The notes under the pieces are model-generated. The model worked only from the letters and a program-made list of their open reading frames with translations, did no database searches and had not been told where the DNA came from. Below, piece by piece: positions 51,720 through 64,000 of a DNA stretch of 64,000 nt. This stretch comes from Chrysomallon squamiferum (Eukaryota > Animalia > Mollusca), in the NCBI GenBank assembly GCA_012295275.1, contig CM022678.1, positions 372,001 to 436,000 on the forward strand, read 5' to 3'. The first letter of the stretch is position 1, and each line of letters starts with the position of its first letter. Made by a program: the position numbers and the translations under genes.

Positions 51720-54469
51720 AGTCTACCAGGACAGTGTTAAACTCAGTTGACAGAAGCATCTATGTTCAAACAAGAGCAGAGAAAAGAGGTGTTGCACTTT
51801 TGAAGAAGCATGGTGTTGTGATTGTAGTAGGATGTCCAGGTTCAGGGAAGACAACTCTGGCTTTGAGAATGATGAGACAGATAAAAGATGGAAAAAAAAA
51901 AGTATGTTACTGGCTGACTCATCACACTGAATTCAGTGACATCCGTCTATCTGAAAATAACAAATGTGTTGTTCTCATTGATGATATATTTGGTAAGACT
52001 AATCTCGTTTCAGATTTTTTAGAATCATGGAAACTCAAATTTCCAGAGATATGGAGTCTTGTTCAGGAAGGTTCTCTGAAATGCATTATTACTTTAAGAA
52101 AACAAATATTTTCAGAAAGTGAAACTAGTTTGAAGGAATTTGGTCTGTTTAATGAGAAACATGTTCTTGATCTGCAGAGTGATGACTATTGTCTGAATCA
52201 TGGTGAAAAAGAAGAAATTCTAAACAAATATCTCCAACAAAAGGATGTTCCAATGGATGAAACTGATAAAAAGGCTGTTATTTGGAATTCATGTACAGAG
52301 TTAGGATTTCCTCAGGTGTGTGTTTATTATGTTAATTCAAGTGATGCACAAAAAAGAGGAGTCAAGTTTTTTGAGAAACCTGTAGAATATCTCAGACAAA
52401 GGCTGGAAAATTTGAAAAATGATAAATCTTCACAGATTAATTACCTGGTTCTACTGCTGATCATGTTTCAGCAAGGCAGTCTCAGCATTGATTCACTGGA
52501 TTCATCTAAAAATGACACTGACAGTGACATAATGAAATTAATAAGGTTGCTGGAGCAAGTCTGTCTGAGTGTAAAAAACACTGAACTTAAAGATATAAAG
52601 AAATCAGCCGATGTAATGTGTGGCACCTATTTAATGTGTTATGACAATACATACACATTTATTCACCAGTCAGTGTTTGACTGCTTGTTTCTGATGTTTT
52701 CATCAAAGTTTCCAAAGAAAGCAGCAGAGTTGCTAGAAGTGTGTCCTGTCTCCATGTTGTTAGAATATGTTGTGACGCCTGGAGTGTCTAACCAAAGTCA
52801 CATTACAATGACTGTGACACTTGACTGCTTTGATGTTCTTGCTCGCAGATTTACTGATTTGCTGGCATCAGATAATTTTACAGGAATTATTTCACATCCG
52901 TCACTGAAAGATAAAGAATTTGTGACGTATATGGCAGAGGAAAAACACTTTTATGGCAAAACATCTGAAATACTGCAAAAAAGACTACGTGGAATTGATC
53001 AAGATGTATTTTGGAGAAAACTTATAAAAAAAAATGAAAAAAACTTTCCAACTGTTTATGTATCACTCATATATATAAACACTGCTAATGAAACGTTCAG
53101 CAATATTTCAAGTTTTCTTCTTTATGATTTGAAAGTTGAAAAAAAATTAATAAATTCAACATCTGTTCCAAGTGAGTGTATTGTGAATGGTTTAAGAACA
53201 TTGGCAAGCTTTTTTGCATTAAATCTGTGTAAAACAAATTTAACATATCTGCAGAAAGAACTTTTGGATATTTCTTGTTTGTTTGGTGAGGAAGATGTTG
53301 TGAAAATGTTGCTAAAATCAGGTGTCACTGCAACATTTGATACATTCAGTGCAGCAGCATGTTCAAAAACAGACAGTGCTACCATACTGAAAGAAGTGTT
53401 ACAGTGCAAAAAGGAGATAAAACTGACTCTGTATTCCCGCTTGTTGTATGTTTCTATTTATTCAGGTAACATGAACATTGCCTGTCTGTTGGCTGATACA
53501 ATAAACGGTGAGAAAGACAACAGTGAAATCAAGGAAACGGCTGTGAAACTGTTATTGGTTAAGTTCCAGAGAGAAGTAAGACATGAATCACTTTACATGT
53601 GTTTTGAAAACTCAGATACTTCTAAAGTTGTTGATGTCAGATCTCTATTTAAAAAGCTGGTTACCATTGATATAATAAACAAAATTGAAGACATTGCTAT
53701 CATTGCTGCTTGTCAGAGTACTTCAAGTGTTATAAAAGAAATAGTAAAACTGAAACCTGATTGTTTAAATGATGAGAACAGAGATAAAGTACTTTTCGCA
53801 GCAGCAATGTGGGGATCTACTGACACAGTGAATTTTCTCATTGACCACATAGGTAATGATACAGATGAGAAGAACTGGAAGAAAAGTGAAGTACTGAAAG
53901 TGGCAGTAATGTTTAACAGTGCAGATGTTGTTCAGTGTCTTCTTGATAAAGGTGCTGATCCTAACGTGAATGTAGCTGTCAAAGAGAAATTGGTTCATTT
54001 CTTTGAAGAGCCAATTAGATTTAAAATTCCAACATTCTGGCATGATCACGTAAGTAGATTGAAACCTTATTTGGACCTGTTGTTTTCAGACACAGCTCTC
54101 AACATTTCAGTTCAGCGTGGTGACTTAGATGTGTTAAAATCACTGATAAAGAGAAATGCTGATGTCAATGCAGTAAACAGTGAAAGAAGCACTCCACTTC
54201 ATGAAACTCTAAAAGCAATGACACATAGAAAGGAAGTAGCTTTGTTGTTACTGGAAAATGGTGCTGATACTGATATAAAAGACAAAAAAAAGAATTCAGC
54301 ATTGCACATAGCATCTCAAATTGACATAGATTTGGTGAAAAAAGTAATACAAAAAGGTGTTGAAAAAAATGTAATTAACACTAAAGGGGAAACCCCCCTT
54401 CTTGTGTCCTTAAATTATAACAGACCAGAAATAGCTTTATACTTAATAAAACAAGGAGCTGATCCTTAA
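51720..54469 (+). CDS. STAND P-loop NTPase (nSTAND3-like) with ankyrin repeats, main exon
   Basis: TACAG acceptor ending at 51719 (phase 1); 911-aa ORF with Walker A GCPGSGKTT, Walker B VVLIDDIFG, sensor IITLR, GxP motif GFP, winged-helix-like FIHQSVFD, then ankyrin repeats (e.g. LLDKGADPN, TPLHE, SALHIA). Confidence 0.92.
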
Positions 54470-55436
54470 TTTAACAGACAAAAATAACAATTCAGTTTTA
54501 CACTTAGCAGCTGAATGTAAAAATATTGAAATTGTGAAAGCAGTGATTGAAAAAGGTGTTGATATAAATATGAAAAACAACAGAGGTAAAACTCCTCTTT
54601 TCCCAGCTGTTGAGAATAAACAGAACAAAGTTGTTTTGTATTTACTGGAACATGGAGCTGATCCTAAATTAACAGACCAAGATAACAATTCTGTTTTACA
54701 CTTTGCAGCTAAGCATGGAAATATTGAAATTGTGACAGCAATGGTTGAAAAAGGTGTTGACATAAATATGAAAAACAACAGAGGTGAAACTCCTCTTTTT
54801 GCAGCTGTTAAATTTTATGCAGATTATACTCGTATGTTTCGGAAAGATGAAAAATTTGAAATAGCTTTTTATTTACTGGAACATGGAGCTGATCCTAACT
54901 TAACAGACCATGATAACAATTCTGTTTTACACTTAGCAGCTAGGTGTGGAGATAAACAAATTGTGACAGCGCTGATTGAAAAAGGTGTTGATGTAAATAT
55001 CAAAAACAACAGAGGTGAAACTCCTCTTTTCACAGCTGTTGAGAACAAACAGAACAAAGTTGTTTTGTATTTACTGGAACATGGAGCTGATCCTAACTTA
55101 ACAGACAAAGATAACAATTCTGTTTTACACTTAGCAGCTAGGAATGGAAATACTGAAATTGTGACAGCACTGATTGAAAAAGGTGTTGATACAAATATGA
55201 AAAACAACAGAGGTGAAACTCCTCTTTTCACAGCTGTTGAGAACAAACAGAACAAAGTTGTTTTTTATTTACTGGAACATGGAGCTGATCCTAATTTAAC
55301 ATATGGTGATAACAATTCTGTTTTACACTTTGCAGCTAAGCATGGAAATATTGAAATTGTGACAGCAATGGTTGAAAAAGGTGTTGACATAAATATGAAA
55401 AACAACAGAGGTGAAAACAATTTTTTTTACACTTAG
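54468..55436 (+). CDS. Ankyrin repeat array, continuation of the same gene after a +1 frameshift
   Basis: 198-bp two-ankyrin units (NNSVLHLAA...GETPLFTAV...GADP); an extra T in gatccTtaat creates the stop at 54467-54469. Confidence 0.85.
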   Translation, partial: NLTDKNNNSVLHLAAECKNIEIVKAVIEKGVDINMKNNRGKTPLFPAVENKQNKVVLYLLEHGADPKLTDQDNNSVLHFAAKHGNIEIVTAMVEKGVDINMKNNRGETPLFAAVKFYADYTRMFRKDEKFEIAFYLLEHGADPNLTDHDNNSVLHLAARCGDKQIVTALIEKGVDVNIKNNRGETPLFTAVENKQNKVVLYLLEHGADPNLTDKDNNSVLHLAARNGNTEIVTALIEKGVDTNMKNNRGETPLFTAVENKQNKVVFYLLEHGADPNLTYGDNNSVLHFAAKHGNIEIVTAMVEKGVDINMKNNRGENNFFYT

Positions 55437-55792
55437 CAGCTGTTAAATGTTATGCAGATTATACTCGTATGTTTTTGAAATATGAAAAATCTGAAACTCC
55501 TCTTTTCACAGCTGTTGAGAAAGAACAGAACAAAGTTGTTTTGTATTTACTGGAACATGGAGCTGATCCTAACTTAACAGACAAAGATAACAATTCTGTT
55601 TTACACTTAGCAGCTAGGTATGGAAATACTGAAATTGTGACAGCACTGATTGAAAAAGGTGTTGATGTAAATGCTATTAATTCAAATGGTGAAACTCCTC
55701 TGGATAAAGCTGTGAGTTGCAGGTTTGATAGTATCAAAAGGGAAATTGTTTTGTATTTAAGAGAGCATGATGCTAAAGATAGTTGTGGATAA
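55437..55792 (+). CDS. Terminal ankyrin repeats of the same gene after a second frameshift
   Basis: ETPLFTAV...NSVLHLAARYGN...GETPLDKAV...LREHDAKDSCG*; AATAAA at 55792 and 56133. Confidence 0.82.
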
Positions 55793-56639
55793 ATAAATTT
55801 TGATATAAAATCCCTGAACTCTTTTCAGTTTATTACATTATCTAAACAGACTGTCACTTTGAGTTGAGGATTTCCTACTGAGAGCATTTTAAAATTGTGC
55901 AGAAAAAAAAAAGACAATAATTGTTGTGAAGAAATCTAAATTTTGTTTGTAATTCATGTTGTACAAAGTTGATCTTCATCCTGAGACAGTTTTACTTCTG
56001 ACATGATTTCATTTTGAACTGTTTCATTTGTAATTATTTTTAACGTAATCTTGTTTCAGTGTATTTAATTGTGTTATAACTTTTCAATTCAAAATCATAA
56101 TTACTGATACAGGAGCCAGGCCACATTTTCCAAATAAAATGAGTGAACTAATACATTGTGGTGAAGAGTTAAAGCCAGTTCAAGTTTGTGTAACTATTGC
56201 TGTGTAGTCTGGTGTGTCATTCTGTGGTAAGAATTTTAGCCAGGAGGTGACATGTTCACTGTGTAATCACTAAAAACTTTCTTCATAGATTGATGTTTCG
56301 CATTTTATAGAGACAATGAACACGCTGCTATAAGTAAGTCATATCTGTTTTTGTCTGACATAATATTTTACCTGAAATTTTCCAGGACGTGACAAAATTT
56401 GGACATCACTATTTTTTTTACCATACTATTAATACCAAAACTCTGCTGTTATAGAAATTAACGTGCTTTATAAAATGTATCCTGTAGTAGTTTACCCAGT
56501 CTGTTTCAGAACTCCACATAGCCATTCAGCAGGAAATTACTGTTTGTTAATTTTAGTTTTTAAAAGTTAAGAATGAGCCAGGATGTGGCAATTTTTCCAG
56601 TGTCTTAAAACAGTTGAATATTCTTATTCTCTACAAGAC

Positions 56640-57125
56640 ATTTTTATTAGCTTAACACATCTACCTTACTTGTCTATAAGTAATTGTTTTATTAGCTTAA
56701 TACCTTACTTGTCTATAAGTAATTGTTTTATTAGCTAAATACATCTACCTTACTTGTCAATAAGTAATTGTTTTATTAGTTTAATACCTTACTTGTCTAT
56801 AAGTAATTGTTTTATTAGTTTAATACCTTACTTGTCTATAAGTAATTGTTTTATTAGTTTAATACCTTACTTGTCCATAAGTAATTGTTTTATTAGCTTA
56901 GCACATCTACCTTACTTGTCCATAAGTAATTGTTTTATTAGATTAACACATCTACCTTACTTGTCCATAAGTAATTGTTTTATTAGCTTAATACCTTACT
57001 TGTCCATAAGTAATTGTTTTATTAGATTAATACATCTACCTTACTTGTCTATAAGTAATTGTTTTATTAGATTAATACATCTACCTTACTTGTCCATAAG
57101 TAATTGTTTTATTAGTTTAACACAT
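56640..57125. repeat. 39/45-bp minisatellite
   Basis: TACCTTACTTGTCTATAAGTAATTGTTTTATTAGTTTAA with or without CACATC, about 11 copies. Confidence 0.95.
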
Positions 57126-57193
57126 GTTCCGTACTTGTGCATGTTTTACTTGTGTGGTTCTGTTGTATTTTTTCAGTCTTTCCTTTTTTTTCC

Positions 57194-57393
57194 NNNNNNN
57201 NNNNNNNNNNNNNNNNNNNNNNNNNNNNNNNNNNNNNNNNNNNNNNNNNNNNNNNNNNNNNNNNNNNNNNNNNNNNNNNNNNNNNNNNNNNNNNNNNNNN
57301 NNNNNNNNNNNNNNNNNNNNNNNNNNNNNNNNNNNNNNNNNNNNNNNNNNNNNNNNNNNNNNNNNNNNNNNNNNNNNNNNNNNNNNNNNNNNN
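57194..57393. other. Assembly gap (200 N)
   Basis: Exactly 200 N, suggesting a fixed-size scaffold join. Confidence 0.99.
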
Positions 57394-60300
57394 CAACGAA
57401 ACTTGAAAAATCTGATTTTCAAAGTTGAAAATCCGTGTGGCACTGTTCCGTTTGGTCGGGAAAAATATTTCGACGTGTGCAAAACGTGCGCGCCGTCGGG
57501 GCGGAGAGTGTGGCAAAAACGTTTCCAACATTTACCAAAGGTGCTGCACCTTTGAAAATGCGTTTGAAAAAAATCGAGCAAATTTTCAAAAACATGTGCG
57601 TTTTTGTGCACGTGTCGGAAACGAGTTGTTCCCCTTGGGTGGGGCGTGCGGCACTTTTGACCCGTGTCGGGCAACCCTTGCCCCACTTTTGGGTATGTGC
57701 GCCCGATTTTTCCCACGTGCTCGGAAAAAGTTATTGCACTTTGAAAAAGGTACCCCTAGCATTTTCAACGAAACTTGAAAAAATTCGATTTTCAAAAGTT
57801 GAAAATCCGTGTGGCACTGTTCCGTTTGGTCGGGAAAAATATTTCGACGTGTGCAAAACGTGCGCGCCGTCGGGGCGAGTGTGGCAAAAACGTTTCCAAC
57901 ATTTACCAAAGGTGCTGCACCTTTTGAAAATGCGTTTGAAAAAAAATCGAGCAAATTTTCAAAAAAACATGTGCGTTTTTTGTGCACGTGTCGGAAACGA
58001 GTTGTTCCCCTTGGGTGGGGCGTGCGGCACTTTTGACCCGTGTCGGGCAACCCTTTGCCCCACTTTTGGGTATGTGCGCCCGATTTTTCCCACGTGCTCG
58101 GAAAAAGTTATTGCACTTTGAAAAAGGTACCCCTAGCATTTTCAACGAAACTTGAAAAATTCGATTTTCAAAAGTTGAAAATCCGTGTGGCACTGTTCCG
58201 TTTGGTCGGGAAAAATATTTCGACGTGTGCAAAACGTGCGCGCCGTCGGGGCGAGTGTGGCAAAAAACGTTTCCAACATTTACCAAAGGTGCTGCACCTT
58301 TGAAAATGCGTTTGAAAAAAAAATCGAGCAAATTTTCAAAAACATGTGCGTTTTTTGTGCACGTGTCGGAAACGAGTTGTTCCCCTTGGGTGGGGCGTGC
58401 GGCACTTTTGACCCGTGTCGGGCAACCCTTGCCCCACTTTTGGGTATGTGCGCCCGATTTTTCCCACGTGCTCGGAAAAAGTTATTGCACTTTGAAAAAG
58501 TACCCCCTAGCATTTTCAACGAAACTTGAAAAATTCGATTTTCAAAAGTTGAAAATCCGTGTGGCACTGTTCCGTTTGGTCGGGAAAAATATTTCGACGT
58601 GTGCAAAACGTGCGCGCCGTCGGGGCGAGTGTGGCAAAAACGTTTCCAACATTTACCAAAGGTGCTGCACCTTTTGAAAATGCGTTTGAAAAAAAATCGA
58701 GCAAATTTTCAAAACATGTGCGTTTTTTGTGCACGTGTCGGAAACGAGTTGTTCCCCTTGGGTGGGGCGTGCGGCACTTTTGACCCGTGTCGGGCAACCC
58801 TTGCCCCACTTTTGGGTATGTGCGCCCGATTTTTCCCACGTGCTCGGAAAAAGTTATTGCACTTTGAAAAAGGTACCCCTAGCATTTTCAACGAAACTTG
58901 AAAAAATTCGATTTTCAAAAGTTGAAAATCCGTGTGGCACTGTTCCGTTTGGTCGGGAAAAATATTTCGACGTGTGCAAAACGTGCGCGCCGTCGGGGCG
59001 AGTGTGGCAAAAACGTTTCCAACATTTACCAAAGGTGCTGCACCTTTGAAAATGCGTTTGAAAAAAAATCGAGCAAATTTTCAAAAACATGTGCGTTTTT
59101 TGTGCACGTGTCGGAAACGAGTTGTTCCCCTTTGGGTGGGCGTGCGGCACTTTTGACCCGTGTCGGGCAACCCTTGCCCCACTTTTGGTATGTGCGCCCG
59201 ATTTTTCCCACGTGCTCGGAAAAAGTTATTGCACTTTGAAAAAGGTACCCCCCTAGCATTTTCAACGAAACTTGAAAAAAATCGATTTTCAAAAGTTGAA
59301 AATCCGTGTGGCACTGTTCCGTTTGGTCGGGAAAAATATTTCGACGTGTGCAAAACGTGCGCGCCGTCGGGGCGAGTGTGGCAAAAACGTTTCCAACATT
59401 TACCAAAGGTGCTGCACCTTTTGAAAATGCGTTTGAAAAAAAAATCGAGCAAATTTTCAAAAACATGTGCGTTTTTTGCACGTGTCGGAAACGAGTTGTT
59501 CCCCTTGGGTGGGGCGTGCGGCACTTTTGACCCGTGTCGGGCAACCCTTGCCCCACTTTTGGGTATGTGCGCCCGATTTTTCCCACGTGCTCGGAAAAGT
59601 TATTGCACTTTGAAAAAAGGTACCCCTAGCATTTTCAACGAAACTTGAAAAAATTCGATTTTCAAAAGTTGAAAATCCGTGTGGCACTGTTCCGTTTGGT
59701 CGGGAAAAATATTTCGACGTGTGCAAAACGTGCGCGCCGTCGGGGCGAGTGTGGCAAAAACGTTTCCAACATTTACCAAAGGTGCTGCACCTTTTGAAAA
59801 TGCGTTTGAAAAAAAATCGAGCAAATTTTCAAAAACATGTGCGTTTTTTGTGCACGTGTCGGAAACGAGTTGTTCCCCTTGGGTGGGGCGTGCGGCACTT
59901 TTGACCCGTGTCGGGCAACCCTTGCCCCACTTTTTTGGTATATGTGCGCCCGATTTTTCCCACGTGCTCGGAAAAAAAGTTATTGCACTTTGAAAAAGGT
60001 ACCCCTAGCATTTTCAACGAAACTTGAAAAAATTCGATTTTCAAAAGTTGAAAATCCGTGTGGCACTGTTCCGTTTGGTCGGGAAAAATATTTCGACGTG
60101 TGCAAAACGTGCGCGCCGTCGGGGCGAGTGTGGCAAAAACGTTTCCAACATTTACCAAAGGTGCTGCACCTTTTGAAAATGCGTTTGAAAAAAATCGAGC
60201 AAATTTTCAAAAACATGTGCGTTTTTTGTGCACGTGTCGGAAACGAGTTGTTCCCCTTGGGTGGGGCGTGCGGCACTTTTGACCCGTGTCGGGCAACCCT

Positions 60301-63300
60301 TGCCCCACTTTTGGGTATGTGCGCCCGATTTTTCCCACGTGCTCGGAAAAAGTTATTGCACTTTGAAAAAGGTACCCCTAGCATTTTCAACGAAACTTGA
60401 AAAATTTCGATTTTCAAAAGTTGAAAATCCGTGTGGCACTGTTCCGTTTGGTCGGGAAAAATATTTCGACGTGTGCAAAACGTGCGCGCCGTCGGGGCGA
60501 GTGTGGCAAAAACGTTTCCAACATTTACCAAAGGTGCTGCACCTTTGAAAATGCGTTTGAAAAAAAAAAATCGAGCAAATTTTCAAAAACATGTGCGTTT
60601 TTGTGCACGTGTCGGAAACGAGTTGTTCCCCTTTGGGTGGGGCGTGCGGCACTTTTGACCCGTGTCGGGCAACCCTTTGCCCCACTTTTGGTATGTGCGC
60701 CCGATTTTTCCCACGTGCTCGGAAAAAGTTATTGCACTTTGAAAAAGGTACCCCTAGCATTTTCAACGAAACTTGAAAAAAAAATTCGATTTTCAAAAGT
60801 TGAAAATCCGTGTGGCACTGTTCCGTTTGGTCGGGAAAAATATTTCGACGTGTGCAAAACGTGCGCGCCGTCGGGGCGAGGTGGCAAAAAAAAAAACGTT
60901 TCCAACATTTACCAAAGGTGCTGCACCTTTTGAAAATGCGTTTGAAAAAAAATCGAGCAAATTTTCAAAAACATGTGCGTTTTTTTGTGCACGTGTCGGA
61001 AACGAGTTGTTCCCCTTGGGTGGGGCGTGCGGCACTTTTGACCCGTGTCGGGCAACCCTTGCCCCACTTTTGGGTATGTGCGCCCGATTTTTCCCACGTG
61101 CTCGGAAAAAGTTATTGCACTTTGAAAAAGGTACCCCTAGCATTTTCAACGAAACTTGAAAAATTCGATTTTCAAAAGTTGAAAATCCGTGTGGCACTGT
61201 TCCGTTTGGTCGGGAAAAATATTTCGACGTGTGCAAAACGTGCGCGCCGTCGGGGCGAGTGTGGCAAAAACGTTTCCAACATTTACCAAAGGTGCTGCAC
61301 CTTTTGAAAATGCGTTTGAAAAAAAAATCGAGCAAATTTTCAAAAACATGTGCGTTTTTTGTGCACGTGTCGGAAACGAGTTGTTCCCCTTGGGTGGGGC
61401 GTGCGGCACTTTTGACCCGTGTCGGGCAACCCTTGCCCCACTTTTGGGTATGTGCGCCCGATTTTTCCCACGTGCTCGGAAAAAGTTATTGCACTTTGAA
61501 AAAGGTACCCCTAGCATTTTCAACGAAACTTGAAAAAATTCGATTTTCAAAAGTTGAAAATCCGTGTGGCACTGTTCCGTTTGGTCGGGAAAAATATTTC
61601 GACGTGTGCAAAACGTGCGCGCCGTCGGGGCGAGTGTGGCAAAAAAACGTTCCAACATTTACCAAAGGTGCTGCACCTTTTGAAAATGCGTTTGAAAAAA
61701 ATCGAGCAAATTTTCAAAAACATGTGCGTTTTTGTTTTTGCACGTGTCGGAAACGAGTTGTTCCCCTTGGGGGGGGCGTGCGGCACTTTTGACCCGTGTC
61801 GGGCAACCCTTGCCCCACTTTTGGGTATGTGCGCCCGATTTTTCCCACGTGCTCGGAAAAAGTTATTGCACTTTGAAAAAGGTCCCCCTAGCATTTTCAA
61901 CGAAACTTGAAAAATTTCGATTTTCAAAAGTTGAAAATCCGTGTGGCACTGTTCCGTTTGGTCGGGAAAAATATTTCGACGTGTGCAAAACGTGCGCGCC
62001 GTCGGGGCGAGTGTGGCAAAAACGTTTCCAACATTTACCAAAGGTGCTGCACCTTTTGAAAATGCGTTTGAAAAAAAAAAATTTTCGAGCAAATTTTCAA
62101 AAACATGTGCGTTTTTGTGCACGTGTCGGAAACGAGTTGTTCCCCTTGGGTGGGGCGTGCGGCTTTTTGAAAATGCGTGTCGGGCAACCCTTGCCCCACG
62201 TTTTTTTTGTGCACTTTTGGGTATGTGCGCCCGATTTTTCCCACGTTCTCGGAAAAAGTTATTGCACTTTGAAAAAGGTACCCCTAGCATTTTCAACGAA
62301 ACTTGAAAAATTTCGATTTTCAAAAGTTGAAAATCCGTGTGGCACTGTTCCCGTTTGGTCGGGAAAAATATTTCGACGTGTGCAAAACGTGCGCGCCGTC
62401 GGGGCGAGTGTGGCAAAAACGTTTCCAACATTTACCAAAGGTGCTGCACCTTTGAAAATGCGTTTGAAAAAAAAAAAATTTTCGAGCAAATTTTCAAAAA
62501 CATGTGCGTTTTTTGTGCACGTGTCGGAAACGAGTTGTTCCCCTTGGGTGGGGCGTGCGGCACTTTTGACCCGTGTCGGGCAACCCTTGCCCCACTTTTG
62601 GGTATGTGCGCCCGATTTTTCCCACGTGCTCGGAAAAAGTTATTGCACTTTGAAAAAGGTACCCCTAGCATTTTCAACGAAACTTGAAAAAAATCGATTT
62701 TCAAAAGTTGAAAATCCGTGTGGCACTGTTCCGTTTGGTCGGGAAAAATATTTCGACGTGTGCAAAACGTGCGCGCCGTCGGGGCGAGGTGGCAAAAAAC
62801 GTTTCCAACATTTACCAAAGGGTGCTGCACCTTTTGAAAATGCGTTTGAAAAAAATCGAGCAAATTTTCAAAAACATGTGCGTTTTTTGTGCACGTGTCG
62901 GAAACGAGTTGTTCCCCTTGGGTGGGGCGTGCGGCACTTTTGACCCGTGTCGGGCAACCCTTGCCCCACTTTTGGGTATGTGCGCCCGATTTTTCCCACG
63001 TGCTCGGAAAAAGTTATTGCACTTTGAAAAAGGTACCCCTAGCATTTTCAACGAAACTTGAAAAAATTCGATTTTCAAAAGTTGAAAATCCGTGTGGCAC
63101 TGTTCCGTTTGGTCGGGAAAAATATTTCGACGTGTGCAAAACGTGCGCGCCGTCGGGGCGAGTGTGGCAAAAAAAACGTTTCCAACATTTACCAAAGGTG
63201 CTGCACCTTTTGAAAATGCGTTTGAAAAAAAATCGAGCAAATTTTCAAAAACATGTGCGTTTTTTGTGCACGTGTCGGAAACGAGTTGTTCCCCTTGGGT

Positions 63301-64000
63301 GGGGCGTGCGGCACTTTTGACCCGTGTCGGGCAACCCTTGCCCCACTTTTGGGTATGTGCGCCCGATTTTTCCCACGTGCTCGGAAAAAGTTATTGCACT
63401 TTGAAAAAGGTACCCCTAGCATTTTCAACGAAACTTGAAAAATTCGATTTTCAAAAGTTGAAAATCCGTGTGGCACTGTTCCGTTTGGTCGGGAAAAATA
63501 TTTCGACGTGTGCAAAACGTGCGCGCCGTCGGGGCGAGTGTGGCAAAAACGTTTCCAACATTTACCAAAGGTGCTGCACCTTTTGAAAATGCGTTTGAAA
63601 AAAATCGAGCAAATTTTCAAAAACATGTGCGTTTTTTGTGCACGTGTCGGAAACGAGTTGTTCCCCTTGGGTGGGGCGTGCGGCACTTTTGACCCGTGTC
63701 GGGCAACCCTTGCCCCACTTTTTTTGGGTATGTGTGCGCCCGATTTTTTTCCCACGTGCTCGGAAAAAGTTATTGCACTTTGAAAAAGGTACCCCCTAGC
63801 ATTTTCAACGAAACTTGAAAAAATTCGATTTTCAAAAGTTGAAAATCCGTGTGGCACTGTTCCGTTTGGTCGGGAAAAATATTTCGACGTGTGCAAAACG
63901 TGCGCGCCGTCGGGGCGAGTGTGGCAAAAACGTTTCCAACATTTACCAAAGGTGCTGCACCTTTTGAAAATGCGTTTGAAAAAAAATCGAGCAAATTTTC
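57394..64000. repeat. ~375-bp satellite DNA array, ~17.5 copies, continuing beyond the window
   Basis: CAACGAAACTTGAAAAA recurs at 57394, 57766, 58143, 58517, 58889 ... 63806; copies differ almost only in homopolymer length. Confidence 0.98.

Noticed and set aside
53122-55737. Minus-strand ORFs overlapping the STAND-ankyrin gene
   Set aside because: Antisense shadows of the real coding sequence.
62040-62250. Variant satellite monomer with swapped internal motifs
   Set aside because: Patches such as GGCTTTTTGAAAATGCGTGTC copy other parts of the same monomer and look like consensus or polishing errors.
56754-64000. ORFs up to 403 aa in the minisatellite, gap and satellite
   Set aside because: Frames shift at random homopolymer indels between copies and some span Ns; no protein-family signal.

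Overview
AT-rich, microsatellite-dense eukaryotic DNA, most likely a mollusc (inferred from the 5S/28S sequences and the gene family). Main contents: (1) an rDNA-derived patch at 4.6-8.3 kb holding the 3' end of 28S rRNA (+) tail-to-tail with a 5S 3' fragment (-), one complete 5S rRNA gene (-) and scrambled spacer duplicates; (2) a mosaic of tandem and inverted duplicated non-coding modules at 12-24 kb; (3) a second field of decayed tandem duplications at 24.6-47 kb with four copies of a first-exon-like module, pogo/Tigger- and hAT-like non-autonomous DNA elements, and an internally deleted remnant of the downstream gene at ~28.9 kb; (4) a spliced gene (coding exons 49444-49559, 50857-50930, 51720-55792) for a STAND P-loop NTPase (nSTAND3-like) with a long ankyrin array whose C-terminal 198-bp units are near-identical but vary at predicted binding positions, interrupted by two frameshifts that may be assembly errors; (5) a 200-N gap followed by a ~375-bp CpG-rich satellite array to the window end. 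Almost all other ORFs in the track are artefacts of simple or tandem repeats.
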